Positions 37,191 through 50,959 of a stretch of DNA of 64,000 nucleotides are shown one piece after another. The DNA comes from Mobula hypostoma (taxonomy: Eukaryota): contig NC_086097.1 in NCBI RefSeq assembly GCF_963921235.1, positions 72,604,001-72,668,000 on the forward strand, read 5' to 3'. The translations under genes and the position numbers were made by a program. Numbering within the stretch: the first letter of the stretch is position 1; every line of letters begins with the position of its first letter. Below the pieces are notes generated by a model, which saw only the letters and a list, made by a program, of their open reading frames with translations, did not search any database and was not told the origin of the DNA.

Positions 37191-37267
37191 TATTCTGTCG
37201 CGAAGCAGATCCGCTCAATACACTGTCCACACAACAGCGATATCGGTCCAATTTCCAAAGGACGGCA

Positions 37268-37372
37268 AACATAGAAACATAGAAAATCTACAGCACAGTA
37301 CAGGCCCTTCGGCCCACAAAGCTGTGCCGAACATGTCCTTACCTTAGAACTACCTAGGCTTTACCCATAGGC
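37268..37372 (-). mobile_element. Very short CR1 3' end
   Basis: (aaacatag)2 tail and cagtacaggcccttcggcccac stem-loop. Confidence 0.8.
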
Positions 37373-37411
37373 CTCTAGGGGTAAACGGAATGAACTGGGT
37401 AGGCTACATAA

Positions 37412-37590
37412 AATATGAAAATCGCAGCCGCTGGATATTTGAAATAAAAGTAGCAAATGCTGGAAACACTCAACGAGCCAGGCAGCGTCTCTGGAGAGAG
37501 TAATAGAAGCCTGAAACCTCAATTCTTTCCCTTTCCACGGGCGCTGGCGAACCGGTCGAGTGTTTCCAGCATTTGCTGGTTTTCTTTTCG
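37412..37590. mobile_element. Inverted Penelope-terminus hairpin element
   Basis: agcaaatgctggaaacactc pairs perfectly with gagtgtttccagcatttgct. The tail is on the left arm. Confidence 0.8.
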
Positions 37591-38287
37591 GAGGTAACCA
37601 CAGACTGTCACCATTGTCCATTGTAATGATCATGTTTGAATGCCCTTTCTGCACATTTGCAGCAGTGAAAGCAAAGGCATCCCTTTAAATCACAGACACA
37701 GTGTGCGCGTTAAATGTTAGATGTTGTAAATGCAACGGGTCACAGCCACTTATCTATCGGAGAAGTAAGTGTATGTGTGTGGGGGGGGGGTATCGATTAC
37801 ATCTCACTTATCTCGCCCTCCAAGTCTCCAATTAAAATGTGCATCCAGAGCGGTTTTCGACCTTTGCAAATCAGCTCTAAAACCTAAGCGGATACTTCTG
37901 GATCTTAATCTCTTGCGGATAGGTTCCACTGTCCGTGAGTGTTTACAGTAATTAAAGCTTCTGAGTGCGAATGCGTTCCTAGATTTATATTTTCTTTGCA
38001 GCAAACAACTCGCGTGTTTCCCGTGTCTTACAGCGAGTGAGCTCCATGCACCCTCCCCACTGACTGACAGTCGAGCTGGTGAGGTTTCTCGCAGCGGTTT
38101 TGTTTTTGTTGCCAGGTGAAGTACTGCGCATATCTCTCAGCCCCGCTCTAATAACTACTAGTGTTGCCGAGGTCCCCGCTGTATTTCGAAGCGGGAGAAA
38201 AGCAGCGCAGAACATCGCTCTAGTCTTAATTAAAATTATAATCCGCATCATTTCCGAATCTGCATTATTCACAGCTGTTAGATGCGG

Positions 38288-38290
<3 letters not shown>

Positions 38291-38336
<46 letters not shown>
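38291..38336. repeat. (GT)n microsatellite
   Basis: Direct reading. Confidence 0.98.
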
Positions 38337-38343
<7 letters not shown>

Positions 38344-38731
38344 CTGGACCCATACTCCCAGCCAGCCTGATGACAGCATGGAGGCTGTCAGCTGGGGGCG
38401 AGGGAGGGCGGTGCTGCAGATGGAAGGGTTTATCCTTCCCGGGGCTACCCCGACTGAAACCGAGCGCCGACTAGTTTCGCACGAGCTGAAACCCTGCAGC
38501 AAATTTGTTCGGCAAGTGACGCAATCCTTACTGGTCTGGTGGTCGCCGCGATGTCTCTAGCGATGTAACCACCGCACTTGTTCATTAAGAACGACATTCC
38601 AGTGGCTGTGTCATTGCCCTGCGGTTAGCAACGGTAACACACAGACCGCAGTATATAGCCCCCTCTTTCTCTCTGATCGAAGGCACTTCAAACCTTCGAT
38701 TTCCTTTGCCATATGAAATGTATTAAACTCC

Positions 38732-41700
38732 TAAGAACATAGGACATGGCAACACAGAACAGGTCCTTCAACGCACGATGTTGTGCCGAACTTTTAACCT
38801 ATTCCAAGATAATTTCAACGCTTTCCTCTCACATAACCATCAGTTTTTTTAATCCATGTGCCTGTCTCTAAGAATCTCTTAATATCTCTTACGTATCTGC
38901 CTCTACACCGCCTGTGGCAATGCGTTACACGCACCCACTCAAAAAAAAACACCTTTGACTTATCACCCGCCTATACTTTCTACCAATCACCTTAAAATTA
39001 TCCCCTCTCATTTTAGCCATTTCCACCCTGGGAAAAAGGCGCTGGATGTCTACTCTATGCCTCTTATCATCTTATGTACTGCTATCAAGTCACCTTTCAT
39101 CCTCCTTCGCTCCAAAGAGAAAATCCCTAGCTCGCTCAATTCATCCTCATAAAACATGCTCTCTAATCCAAGCAGCATCCTGGTAAGTCTTCTCTGCGTC
39201 CTCTCATAAATTTCCACATCTTTCCTATAATGAGGCGACCAAAACTGAAGACAATACTCCAAGTGGAGTCTAACCACCTTTTTATAGAGCTGCAATATTA
39301 CCTCGCGGTTCTTGAACTCAGCACCGGGCTAATGAAAGCCAACACATCATACCCTACTTAGCTACGTAGCAACTTGTGCGACAACTTTGAAATCTCTATA
39401 GACTTGAAGCGCAAGCTCTCTCTGTTCCTCCACACTGCTAAGAATACTACCATTAACCCAGAACACTGCCTTCTGGTTCGACCTTCCAAGGTGTATCATT
39501 TCTCACTTTTCCAGATTGAAATCCATCTGCCACCTTTCGGCTCAGGTATGTATCCTATCAAAGTCTTGTTGTAATCTGCAACAACCTCCTACACTATCCA
39601 CAACACCGCCAACCACCCCACCCTTCCATTTCTTCATCCAAGTCATTTAAACAAATCAGAAAGATCTGGGGTCAGAGAACTGATCCATGCGGAACACCAC
39701 TGGTCACCAACCTTCAGACAGAATACGCTCCAACCTCTATCACCTTCTACAAGTCAATTCTGAAACCCCTCATCCAAGTTTCCTTGGGGTCCATGTCTAC
39801 TCACTTTCTGAATAAACCTGCCATGGGAAAACTGTTCAAACGCCTTACTAAAATCCATATACACCACATCCACCGCTCTAGCTTCATCAATGTGCTTTGT
39901 CGCTTCCTAAAAAAAACTCAATCTCGCTCGTGAGGCATGCTTCCCACTGTCCTGCTGACTAATCCCAATTTGACTAATCTTCTCCAAAATCCTGTAAATT
40001 TCTGTCTCTAAATTTGCTCACTACTGATGTAAGATTCACTGGTCTATAATTCCCAGGATTATCCCTATTAACTTTCATGAACAAAAGACTACCCTACAAT
40101 CTTCTGGTACTACTCCTGTGGCCAGAGGGGACAGAAGATCATCGGCAAAGGCGCGACAATCTCTTCCCTCGCTTCCCATAGTAACCTGGAGCATATCCTG
40201 ACCGGCCCCGGGGATTTATCTATCCTAATGTTTTTCAAATGTTCTAGCACATTCACTTTCTTAACGTTATTGTGTTTCAGTACATTACTCTGTTCTACGC
40301 TGTCTTCACATTCGTCAAGGTCCCTGTCACTGATGAATACTGAAGCAAACCATTCATTACGGACATCCGCAACATAGTCCGACTCCAAGAACGTGTTTCA
40401 CATTTTATTCTGATCGGCCCTACCCTCACTCTAGTCATCTTTCTATTCAGCACGTACACGTAGAACAACTTGGTGTTTTACTTAATCCTACCTGCTAAGG
40501 CCTATTCAAATCCCATTCTAGCTCTCTCAAGTTTATTCCTGGCTACCTTATAACTCTGTCTGATCCTAAAATACATTTCTTTTTTCCTCTTGACTAGATG
40601 TTCTACATCTCTTGTCAATCATGGTTCCTTCACCCGAGCACACTTCCCCTCCCTCAGTGGGTCAAATCTATCCAGAAGCCCCAGCAAGCACTCCCTAAAC
40701 AACTTTTATATTTCATTGTACTTCTCTGAGTACATCTGTTCCCAATTTATGCTCCCAGCTTCCTGCCTAATAGCATCATATTTCACCACCCCCCAGTAAA
40801 ATACTTTCCCATACCGTCCGCTGCTATCCCTCTGTAAGACTGCTGAAGGCCAGGGAGTTGTCTCCGAAATACTCTCCTCTAGTCAACCCCTCCGATTGTG
40901 CCAGTAATCCTCCCCGACACGGCTAACAAATTCTGCCCCATCTAAATCTTTTGCACCAAGAAGGTGCCTATCAGTGTTAGAGTCAGCTATGATAATATCC
41001 GTGTTATTTTACAACTTTCCTGATCTGCTCGTCGGTGTGTCTTTTGCTATGGGCGGGGTGGGGGGAGGCATCTATAGAACCCCCCCCCCCCACCACCACC
41101 ACCACCCCATACAGTGGTCGTTCCCTTCCGGTTTCCCATTTCCACCCACACTGATTCAGTAGACGACCCCTCCCGGGCATCATCCCTTTCTGCAGCGGCA
41201 ATCCCCCTGATTAGCAATGTCACTCCCCCATATCTTTTACCTCCTTCCGCGTTCCTTTTGAAACAGGTGAACCACGGAATGGGTGGCGGGGTGGGCATGC
41301 GTCTCAACCAAAGGAGGTGTGGAGGTGTGAGGCGCTCCCTCCCTCCGCTAGCCTGCAGTTTACCCTTGGGCAAGGTGTAGCACCTGCTTAGCCCCCCCGA
41401 TCAGGGTCACGTGAAGCCACTGGAGCAGATGGTGGATGGTCCTATGAGCAAGTGGTGCATTTCCCGTCCTCGTTATGCAACCACTAACGTCTGACAGACA
41501 ATCTCTAAAAAAGTATTGCTAATGGCCGGGGTCACCCGTCTTGTAAAGACGCTGCACAGAAAGGCAGTGTCAACTCACTTCCTTAGAATAAGTTGCCAAG
41601 AACAATCATAGTCGTGGAAATAACCTGATCGCCTACGTCATGCGATACGGCACATCATGAACTAGGCCTCTGTAATGACTCCAAAGTCATAACTTTAGGT

Positions 41701-42370
41701 GCTGATCGATGCTCTAAGAAGCTTATCACCCTCGTTCTCGATACTTCTCGCATTAAAGACACATTTCAACCGAACCAGTTATGCTCCATCCACTGCCTTC
41801 TCACAGTCTCTCCACACACTGCAGTTTAACCCCCACCCCAATAAAAAGCTGGAGCAAACCTGCTCACAAGGATATTGGTCTCTCTCGAGTTCGTGTAATC
41901 CACCCCTTTGGACAGGTCACATCTTCCCCAGAAGAGATTCGAATGATAAACTGATCGGGAACCGTGCCCTCCACCCCAGCCCCCGCATCAATTATTCAGC
42001 CATATATCCATTTGCCACATCCTCCTATTCTTACCCTCGCTGGCGCGTGGCACAGGCAGCAATCCAGAGATTGCTACCCTTGAGGTCCTGCTTTTAGATT
42101 CCTCATCCCTTTTCCTATCGATGTCGTCGGTACGAATACGTACCGCGACTTCCAGCCCACCCGCTCATCTGAGACATCGCCGGCCCTGGCATCTGGGAGG
42201 CAACAGAGCATCCGGGAGTCGTTTTCACGTGCACAGAATCTCCTGATTGAATCCCCTGTCCCTGTCGACTTCGCTCCCACAGAAGGCTGAACCACAGAGC
42301 CAGGAACCATGTCAGAGACCTTGTCGCATTGGTACATAGCCCCACCCCCATAGCAAGCAATGTGTAACAT
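38732..42370 (-). mobile_element. Near full-length, heavily decayed CR1 LINE
   Basis: The 3' tail, LEYCLQFWSPHYRKD, DKSPGP, GGVTLLIR (APE) and ORF1-like GDSIRRFC...CCLPDARAGDVS occur in the expected order. Confidence 0.9.
41281..41661 (+). mobile_element. Short RTE-derived non-autonomous element inserted in the CR1
   Basis: Interrupts the CR1 endonuclease region. The 3' part agaaaggcagtgtcaactcacttcc...ttgccaagaacaatcat...cgatacggcacat resembles RTE/BovB-type termini. The head is GC-rich. Confidence 0.55.
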
Positions 42371-42594
42371 TTGGGCGTGAGGAAATTATAAAGACAGTTC
42401 GAATGTAGATAACGAACAGTATTCCCAAGGACTGTAGATTTTAAAATCAATTATATAATCAATTAATACGTCATCTTATTGTGGTTCTTTTTGTTAAATC
42501 TGCCTTCACTTTGTTAGTCAGTGCCATCGAACGCTTAGCGTTTACACAATAGAACAGCTAAAGCGGCTACTGGAACCGAGTCCTGGAATTCGGG

Positions 42595-42750
42595 AATCAC
42601 AGCACAAAGTTCGGCCCTTCGGCCCTCTAGCGGTCATCAGGCTCCTGTTTAACAGGAATCCCACTTTATTCTCCCCGTCAGCCCACCCCACCCCCACCCC
42701 CAAATTCTACCACTCACTTAAGTAGTAATTTTTCATGGCCGATTTCACGC
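42595..42750 (-). mobile_element. SINE/CR1-type 3' fragment
   Basis: cacagcacaaagttcggcccttcggccc tail stem-loop. Confidence 0.55.
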
Positions 42751-43879
42751 CAACCCAATCGAGCTGAAGACGCAAAAAGAAACAGATCCCTTTTCCCTCT
42801 GAGCGTTTTTTCCCACAACCTTCTTACTTTTACTTATGAAGCATCTCGCATGGTAGCTGTTTTGACCTCGGCATTTGCCCCGTGGTGTACCATTTAACAG
42901 AGTTGTAAATGTTTCAGTATTTTAACTGATAACTTAATTAGAGGAAGTTGGCTTGTCAGAATCTGAGTATCGTATATGGTTCCACAATCCCTTTTGTCAG
43001 TTCACTCATATGAACAAATACCCACAGCCTGATTGGGTTCATTTGTCAACCAACTGGAACCTGTCTCCTCTAGTTCTCAGACTTCAATGGCAGGAAATGG
43101 TCTCTCCTTATACACTCTATCAGCTATAGCACATACTGTGTACAGAACAACTTTAACAAATCATACCTCCCAAGGGACTTCACCATACCATCAAACTAAA
43201 TTTGACAGTGTACCGCTAAAGGGGATACTGTATCAGGACAATGGCTAACAGTTTAGTTAAAAAAAGAGGGGTAGCTGACAAACTGGTTAAGAGATCGATC
43301 TTTCTATATACTTCCCTGTTCTATGTAATCACTGTTTGCTCACCTCCGTCACCCGCAGTCTCTCCAGGAGCTTGATAGCCACCCAAAAACGTGATGTGCA
43401 AAATTGGCCGACTGGTTCTTAACCAGCAGTCTATGAAGGATGAGAGTGATTTCCTTACTTCTGTATTCTATGTAAATTTATAAATCCAATTGTGCCAGGT
43501 GCTTTCTAAAGGACTTCTTACAATCCTTCCCCTCTTCTTCAAATGTATGTCATTCCTAGATCTTCCTGTACCTAGAATTTATGAAGGAGACCCACAGCTG
43601 TGATTTAGAGCCCTATAGGCTGCAGATTGTTCACTAGAGACACCCATGTTTTATTGTTACTAATTCTATGAGCTGTATAACAAATGTAGAATCAGTATTT
43701 CTCACAAAAGAAATGAAAGAATCATAGACATGGGAGCAATTTGGAATGAATTATGAATGCCAAGGATAAGACTTGAACATTAAACTACATTGATTTGTTT
43801 GGCTTTCTCTGGTTTATTTAGTCGATTTGTAATAATGGCTCACAAGATCTTGTAAAAGCACAGACGTCTGATCTACAAA

Positions 43880-45210
43880 CATAATCTACTATTGTTATGA
43901 TGACTAATTATCCAGTGTTGTACATTTCACTTCAAGAATGGAAGCAGGGATCATTGAGGAAATAAAGTCCAGAGAGCCTCTTATCAATGTTGGGGAAGCT
44001 ATTGGAGCAATTTCCTTGGGATAAGATTTATGTGCATTTGGAAAGGCATGGCCTGATTAGGGATGGTCAGCATAGCAAGTCACATCTAACAGACATAATT
44101 TTCATTTTTTTGAGGAAGTGACAAAAGTGATTGATGAGGGTAGGGCACAGGATATTATCCACAAGGACATTTGACAAGATCCCTCATGATAGACTGACCT
44201 AGTTAAGATGTCTAGGATCCCTGGTGACTTGGTAGCTTGGACTCGGGTGTGGCTTGCACATAAGAGACAGAGGGTCGTGATGGAAGGATGTTATTCTGGC
44301 TGGAGGTCGATGGCATCAGTGCTGGTCAGTAATACATATTAATGACTTGAACGAAAGTGTAGATGGGAGGTTTAGCGAGCTTGCAGATGACAGCAAGAAT
44401 GGTGGAATTATAGATAGTTAGAATGACTGTCAAAGGCTATGGTAAATTGATTGTAGGGAATTCAAGCAAGTGTGAGGTGCTGAACTTTGGGAGGTTAATT
44501 GCGAGGGAAGAGCATACAGTTAATGGTGGGACCCTCAACAACACTGAGTGATCTTGGAGTCCAGGTATATAACTCCCTGAAAGTGGCCAAATACTCAATA
44601 GGGTGGTGACGAAGGGACATGGCATGCTTGCCAATATATTTCAGGGCAATGTGTATAAGAGTAGGGAAGTCATGCTGTAGCTATATAAAACTCTGGTTTT
44701 TGTGCACAGTTCTGGTTGCTGCACTACAGGAAGGACTTGGAAGCTTCGGAAAGGGTGCAGGAGAGATTTACCAGGATACTGCCTGGATTTGAGGGTATGA
44801 GTTATAAGAAGATGTTGTACAGACTTGGGTTGTTTTCTTGGGAGCATTGAAAATGGAGGGGAGGCCTTATAGAAGTGTATAAAATTATGAGAAGCACAGT
44901 GAGAATATTTTTCCCATGAGAGAATTGTAAAATACTAGAAGATAGGCATTTAAGATAGGAGGGGAAAGACTGAGAGGAATGTACAGGGCAAATTTTTTCC
45001 ACAGAGTACTAACTGCCTGGAAGGAGCTACTTGGTATAGTGGTAGAGACAGATACAATAGTGGCATTTAAGAGGCTTTTAGATAGACAGATGAAGGTGCA
45101 AGGAATGGAGGACTGTGAATCATGTGCAGGCAGAAGAGCATCATGGTTGGCACAGACACTGAAGACTGAAGAGCCCACTCACGTGCTGAATAGATCTATG
45201 TTCTAAACTT
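43880..45210 (+). mobile_element. Decayed CR1 RT and 3' fragment
   Basis: tttgacaagatccctcatg, atattaatgacttga, cttgcagatgac, FFHRVLTAWKELL. Confidence 0.88.
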
Positions 45211-45564
45211 TACTCATAACATCCATGCCAGCATTTCCCATTCAGTTTTGTTGTGGTAACTGTCACAGTGGAGTCACAGCGTTTAGTCATCTGGTGGCTT
45301 TGTGAATAGATTTTCAATGCCCTTCTCAGTCGAAATCATATCCCCCCACCAAATGCTCTATTTATCAATTAATAACCATGGACAATTCAGTCATTTCATA
45401 GAAAGCAGGAAAACACGTTGCCTAAAAATCTGCAGTTGTAATAGCAGTGATACTCACTGATATTACTGAGTTAAACTGAAAGCAGCTTCAGAGCTCCACA
45501 AGGTTTCAGGAGGAAATTAATGTAAGCAGAAAAGAAGTAAGCATAGAAGACCATTGTTTATTTA

Positions 45565-45820
45565 AGTAAAAACAGAAAATGCTGAAAACACTCTGCAGAT
45601 CAGCAGCATGTTTGGAAGGTAAAACAGGAGTTAATGCTCCTGGTTGAAACCCTTCATCAGTACAAGTTCTGTTTAAATGGAATGTCTTTGATGTGAAACT
45701 TAACACCGCTTCCCTACCCATAGATGTTTCCCGCCCCCCCACCCCCACTATCCCACAACTGATCTTTGAGTATTTGCAGTATTTTCTGCTGTTATTTTAG
45801 ATTTCCAGTATCTGTACTTT
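45565..45820. mobile_element. Decayed inverted Penelope-terminus hairpin element
   Basis: cagaaaatgctgaaaacactc...ccttcatcag versus gtgaaacttaac...gagtatttgcagtattttctg, with the tail agatttccagtatctg. Confidence 0.7.
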
Positions 45821-46019
45821 ATACATTTCCAATATGAACATTTCTTTATGGATTGTAAGACTGGAAACTTTAAGGGAATTGGAAAGGCCAGGCCATTGGA
45901 TTTTAAAGTAAGGAGGATAATTTTAAAATCAGGGAGTTTGTGGATCAGAAGTCACTGAAGATCGGTATCATAAATGTAAAAGCCAGTTGGGCTTTAGTGG
46001 AGGTGAGATCTCCCACTAA

Positions 46020-48466
46020 GTCCCATACACTCTTCCATGGACTTTATAAGTTTTGCTGCATCAGTAAATTAGCCCATATAATCAAAGACAGATCCACCAC
46101 AAACAATCCCTCTTTTCCCCTCTCACATCAGGCAGAAGGTACAAAAATCTGAAAGTACATACCACCAGGCCAAGGACAGCTTCTACCCCACAGTTATAAG
46201 ATGACTGAATAGTCCCCAAGTACAATCAAATGGACTCCTAACCTCACAGTCTACCTGGTTATGCTCTTGCTCCTTGTCGTCTATCTGCACTGCACATTCT
46301 CCTAGTTAATGCACAGTTATATTTTGGACTATCACAATACACTGTGTAATGATGTGATCTGTATGAACAGTATGCAAAACAGGTTGTGACAGTTGGTGAT
46401 TTTAACTTTCCACATATTGAATGAGACACACACATTGTAAAAGGGCTGGGTGGGATAGAGGTTGTCAAATATGTTCAGGAAAGTTTCTTTGAGAGAGAGA
46501 GAGAGAATATAGGGCAGGTACTTGAGGAGTATAACAAATGCAAGGGGACACTTAAAAAGGGATAAAAGAAGGCATGAGTTTGGTCCAGCAGACAAGAAGA
46601 AGGAGAATCCCAGGTGTTTCTACAGATATATTAAGAGCAAAAGGATAGCAAGGGACAAAATTGGTCTTGTGCAAGATCACAGTGGTAACCTATGCATGGA
46701 GCCAAAAGAGTTGGGGGAGATTTTAAAGGTTTTTTTTGCATCTGTATTTACTCAGGAGATGGACACAGAGTCTATAAAAGTGAGGCAAAGCAACAGTAAT
46801 GTAAGGACTGTATACAGATTACAGAGAAGGAGATGATTGCTGTCATGAGGCAAATTAAGGTATATAAATCCCTAGGGTCTGACAAGGTTTTCCTCAGACC
46901 TTGTGGGAGGCAAATGCAGAAATTGCAGGGGCCCTAGCAGAGATATTTAAAACATCCTTACCACGGGTGAGTTGATAGAGGATTGGAGAATAGAAAATGT
47001 TTTGTTAAAGAAAAGCTCTAAGAATAAGACAGGGAATTCTAGGCTGGTGAGCCTGACGTCAGTAGTGGATAATTTCTGAAAGCTATTCTATGGGACCAGA
47101 TATATAAGTATCTGGATAGACAGGGCTGATTATGGACAGTCAACGTGGCGTTGTGCATGGTAGGTCCAATCCAACCAATCTTACAGAGTACTTAGAGGCA
47201 GTTACCAGGAACGTTAATGAAGGCCGGGTAGTGAATGTTGTATATGTGGACTTCAGCAAGGCTTTTGACAAGGTCCCACATGCGAGGTTAACCAGGAAGC
47301 TCCAGTTGCTTGGTATTCAGGATGAGGTAGTAAATTAGATTCGACATTGGCTTTATGGGAGTAGCCAGAGTGTGGTAGTAGATGGTTGCGTCTTTCACTG
47401 GAGGCCTGTGACTGTGGGGTGCTGCAGGACTGGTGCTGGGTCCATTGTTGTTTGTCATCTATATCAATGATCTGGATAATAATGTGGTAAACTGGATCGG
47501 TAAATTTGTGGATGATATTAAGATTGGGGATGTAGTGGACAGCAAGGAAGACTATCAAAGCTTGCAGCAGGATGGGAAAAAAATAGTCTAAAAATGGCAG
47601 ATTGAATTTAATGCAGCCAAGTGTGAGATGGTGCACTTTGGGGGGACAAACCAGCATAGGATTACACAGTGAGCGGTAGAGCATGGTGGAGTGTGTTGGA
47701 ACAGAAGGATCTGTGAATACAGATCCATAATTCCTTGAAAATGCCATCACAGGTAGGTAGGGTCATAAAGAAAGCTTTTGGCTCATTGACCTTCATAAAT
47801 CAAAGTACTGAGTACAGGGTGAGATGGGATGTTATTTTGAAGTTGTAGAATGTTCTGGGGAGGGTTAATTTGGAGTATTGTGAGCAGTTTTGGTCACCTA
47901 CATACAAGAAAAATGTCAATAAGGTTGAAGGAGTGCAGGGAAAATTTACAAGGATGTTGCCAGGACTTGAGAACTTGAGTTATAGGGAAAGGTCGAATGG
48001 GTTATGACTTTATTTCCGAGAGCATCGGCAAATGAGGGGCGATTTGACAGAGGTACCGTCTACGAAATTATGAGGGGTATAGATAGGGTAAATGCAAATA
48101 AACTTTTTCCACTGAGGTTGAGTGAGACTAGAACTAGAGGTCATGGGTTAAAGGGTGAAAAATGAAATATTTAAAGGGAACATGAGGACAAGTTTCTTCA
48201 CTCAGAGGGTGGTGAGAATGTGGAACAAACTACCAGTTGAAATGATGGATATGGGTTTGATTTCAATGTTTAAGAGAAATTTGGATAGGTACATAGATGG
48301 GAGAGTGATGGAGGGCTATGGTCTAGGAGCAGGACAATAGCTTGGCATGGACTAGATGGGCTGAAGGGCCTGTTTCTGTGCTGTGGTGTTCTATAACTCT
48401 ATAACTAAGTTTTTCACAGTACTTTGGTGTATGTGACAATAATAAACAATTCCAGTTCCAGTTCCA
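46020..48466 (+). mobile_element. Rex1/Babar-like 3' end (46020-46386 and 48407-48466) split by a CR1 insertion
   Basis: ...ctgtatgaacagtatgcaaaacaggtt resumes after the CR1 as aagtttttcacagtac...gtgacaataataaac(aattcc). Compare the uninterrupted tail at 51710-51780. Confidence 0.7.
46387..48406 (+). mobile_element. CR1 ORF2 fragment with internal deletion and intact 3' tail
   Basis: VGDFNFP, KENPRCFYRYIKSKR, VYVDFSKAFDKVPH, FFTQRVVRMWNKLP, and a (ctataact)n tail. Confidence 0.93.
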
Positions 48467-50959
48467 ATCTGTAACTAGACCATGGCCTTTTCTGGGTTAT
48501 TGTGCCACTGCTGTGTTAATGGGAATAGTTTGTTCTGTTGTAACTTCTTTTGGAACATTTAGTTCCTGTTACAATTTCTGCAGTTTCATTTACCACCTGC
48601 CACGGTTATGCTTCGAGGTTTCAATAAACACTTCATGGAAGTGGATGTAGAGATGCTTGAGAGATAAGATCTGTTCTTCTTCCTCACACCTTCTCTGTGG
48701 ACAAATGCTAAGCATTTGCCATAATTCTGACAATTACATGAAATAGAAGGGTGCTTTTACATGGTTTGAGTTAGCGTACAGACTTATATCAGTATTACAG
48801 TGAGCAATAGAAGAGCAGGAATAAAACTACTAAAGACATTTGGAAAGCAAAGAAGGCATCTGAAACTTAGAGGTCAGTAAAAGCAAGGAAAATTCAAAGT
48901 TTATTGATGAATATTTGAGAGTTAGGAGATAACCAATGAAAGAGGAGGTCCTATTAGGTAACCTGGACGTGGAAGCAACAAGCCTGGGCTATCAGAAGAA
49001 ACAGGAACAAGAATAGACCACTTGCCCCCTTGAGTCTGTTCTTGCATTCTGATCTCATCACAGCCCCCTTCTGCCTTAGCACTATTCTTAATGAAAAACG
49101 TCACACCCTTCTTCTTAAAAGAGGAGGTTTGTGTGAGCTACATTTAATGAGATAGATCAAATGACTGAAAATACTAAGGAGTTTTGAATCTTTGCATGTT
49201 GATAGATCTGCCAGGCCCAGATGAAATGTTATCTTGAGAAAACTAAGGATGGAAATAGTAGTGGCTTTGATCTTTACTGTTCAACCTACTTTTGCCAAAG
49301 GCATGGTGCCAGAAGACTGAAGGATTGTATAATGGTAACATCGTTTACAAAGATAGATTGGGTACATAGAGCAGGACAGACCAACATCAGTGGCAGACAG
49401 ATAATTAGAAAAAAAATCTTAGTAAACCCTGTTAGTCATCATTTCGAAAAGACCATGAACACCAAGAATAGTCAGCATGTATTTGTAAGAGAATGTCATC
49501 CCTGAGTAATGATTCTGTGAAACAACAAGGTAGATCAATAAGGATAGTATTTTTGAAATACATATTTGCAAAGGGTTTAAAATAAAGTAGTGAATGGCGG
49601 GTTGGTAAAAAAAACAGTGAGATAAAGGACACAACAGCAATTTAGCTCCAAAATGGATTCAGTGACAAGGAACCATGGATAATGTTTGGCAAGAGTTTTA
49701 GTAAGTGGAAGGTTGTTGTCAGTGGGGTTCCACAAGGCTCGAGTGCTTTGCTTTTCATGGATAATTATAAATAATTGAGAGTTCATTGCTGGAGCCATGT
49801 TAAGGAATTTCATAGATGATATAACCATTGGCAGAATAATTAACTAAAAAAAATCATAATTTGCAGGAAAGAAGTAATGGATGCGAATTGGGAACTCAGC
49901 CTAGAGATATGTGAAATGTTGTATTTGGGAAGAGAAATAAGGAAAGAATGATCTGAAAAATCTGAGAAGCAGTATAAAAAACAACGGCTGCAAGTCTAGA
50001 GAAGTAGAAATAACTGTAGGTGCTGCAAATATGAAGTAAAAACAGCAAATGCTGGAACTACTCAGCAGGTTAGGCAGTGCTGTATGTGTGGAGAGAGAGT
50101 GAACGTTTCAGGTCATTGACCTTTCTTCTGAATTCAATATAAGGGAAGCATCCTTATTTCCATGAAGGCAGCTGTATTGGGTGATGCAGAGAACAAAAGA
50201 TCATCCCATTTAGGAGTACTGTTTACCTTTCTGATCATGAAGGATGTAGAGGTGAAACATTAGGATGTTCCTAGGTCTGAAGAATTATAATTATGAGGAG
50301 GGGTTAGTCATGCTGTGTTGTTTGCTTTGAAAAAATAGGAATCTGCAGGAATATGTAATTACAATGGATAAATTTATCAGAAGCTTGAGAGAAACAACAT
50401 TATTCTCTTAGTGAGAAAGTCAATAACCAGGGGACATAGATTTAAGGCACAGAAACAGAAAGTGCCTGGAAGACTTTGGACAGTAAACATTCATGGGCAG
50501 AAAAACTGGGATGATGTTTTGGATGGAAGAGCCTTCGTCAGAGCTAGAAAAGTGAGGAAACCAGTTGTAAAACAAAGGTTTAATTGCAGAGAGCAGGAGG
50601 ATGTAGACCAAAGTTCTTGAGACAACAATTACTTTACAATTTAGCAATTGGGGACAAAACAGAAAATTAATCAAATTGAAACAAAAGGATACAGCTAAAT
50701 TTCAGGGAAAGAAGAGGGGAGAAAAATCATGGGTTAAACTTTCCAACCTCTCCAGGAAGAAGATAAAGAGCTTATATGGGTATCGTTGGAGCATTGTCAG
50801 AAGCCAAAGTCAGAGAGGTAAGAGCGGGAGTGAGACAGAGAATTAAAATGATATAATTTGGAAGTTCAGGGTGGTCCTTATGGGCTGAATACGGATATGC
50901 TGCAAGAATGGTCACCCAGTCTGCTCCAGTAATGAAGATTAGGAGTAGAGGAAGGAGAT

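Larger units (their letters stand above)
24000..43400. other. Broad CpG-retaining domain
   Basis: Hand counts: 18 CpG in 31081-31320 and 15 in 42061-42300, versus 0 in 6661-6900 and 0 in 10441-10680. Edges are approximate. Confidence 0.75.

Noticed and set aside
37985..38560. Overlapping ORFs with HTHT/CVCV tracts
   Set aside because: These are artefacts of the (GT)n microsatellite in GC-rich DNA.
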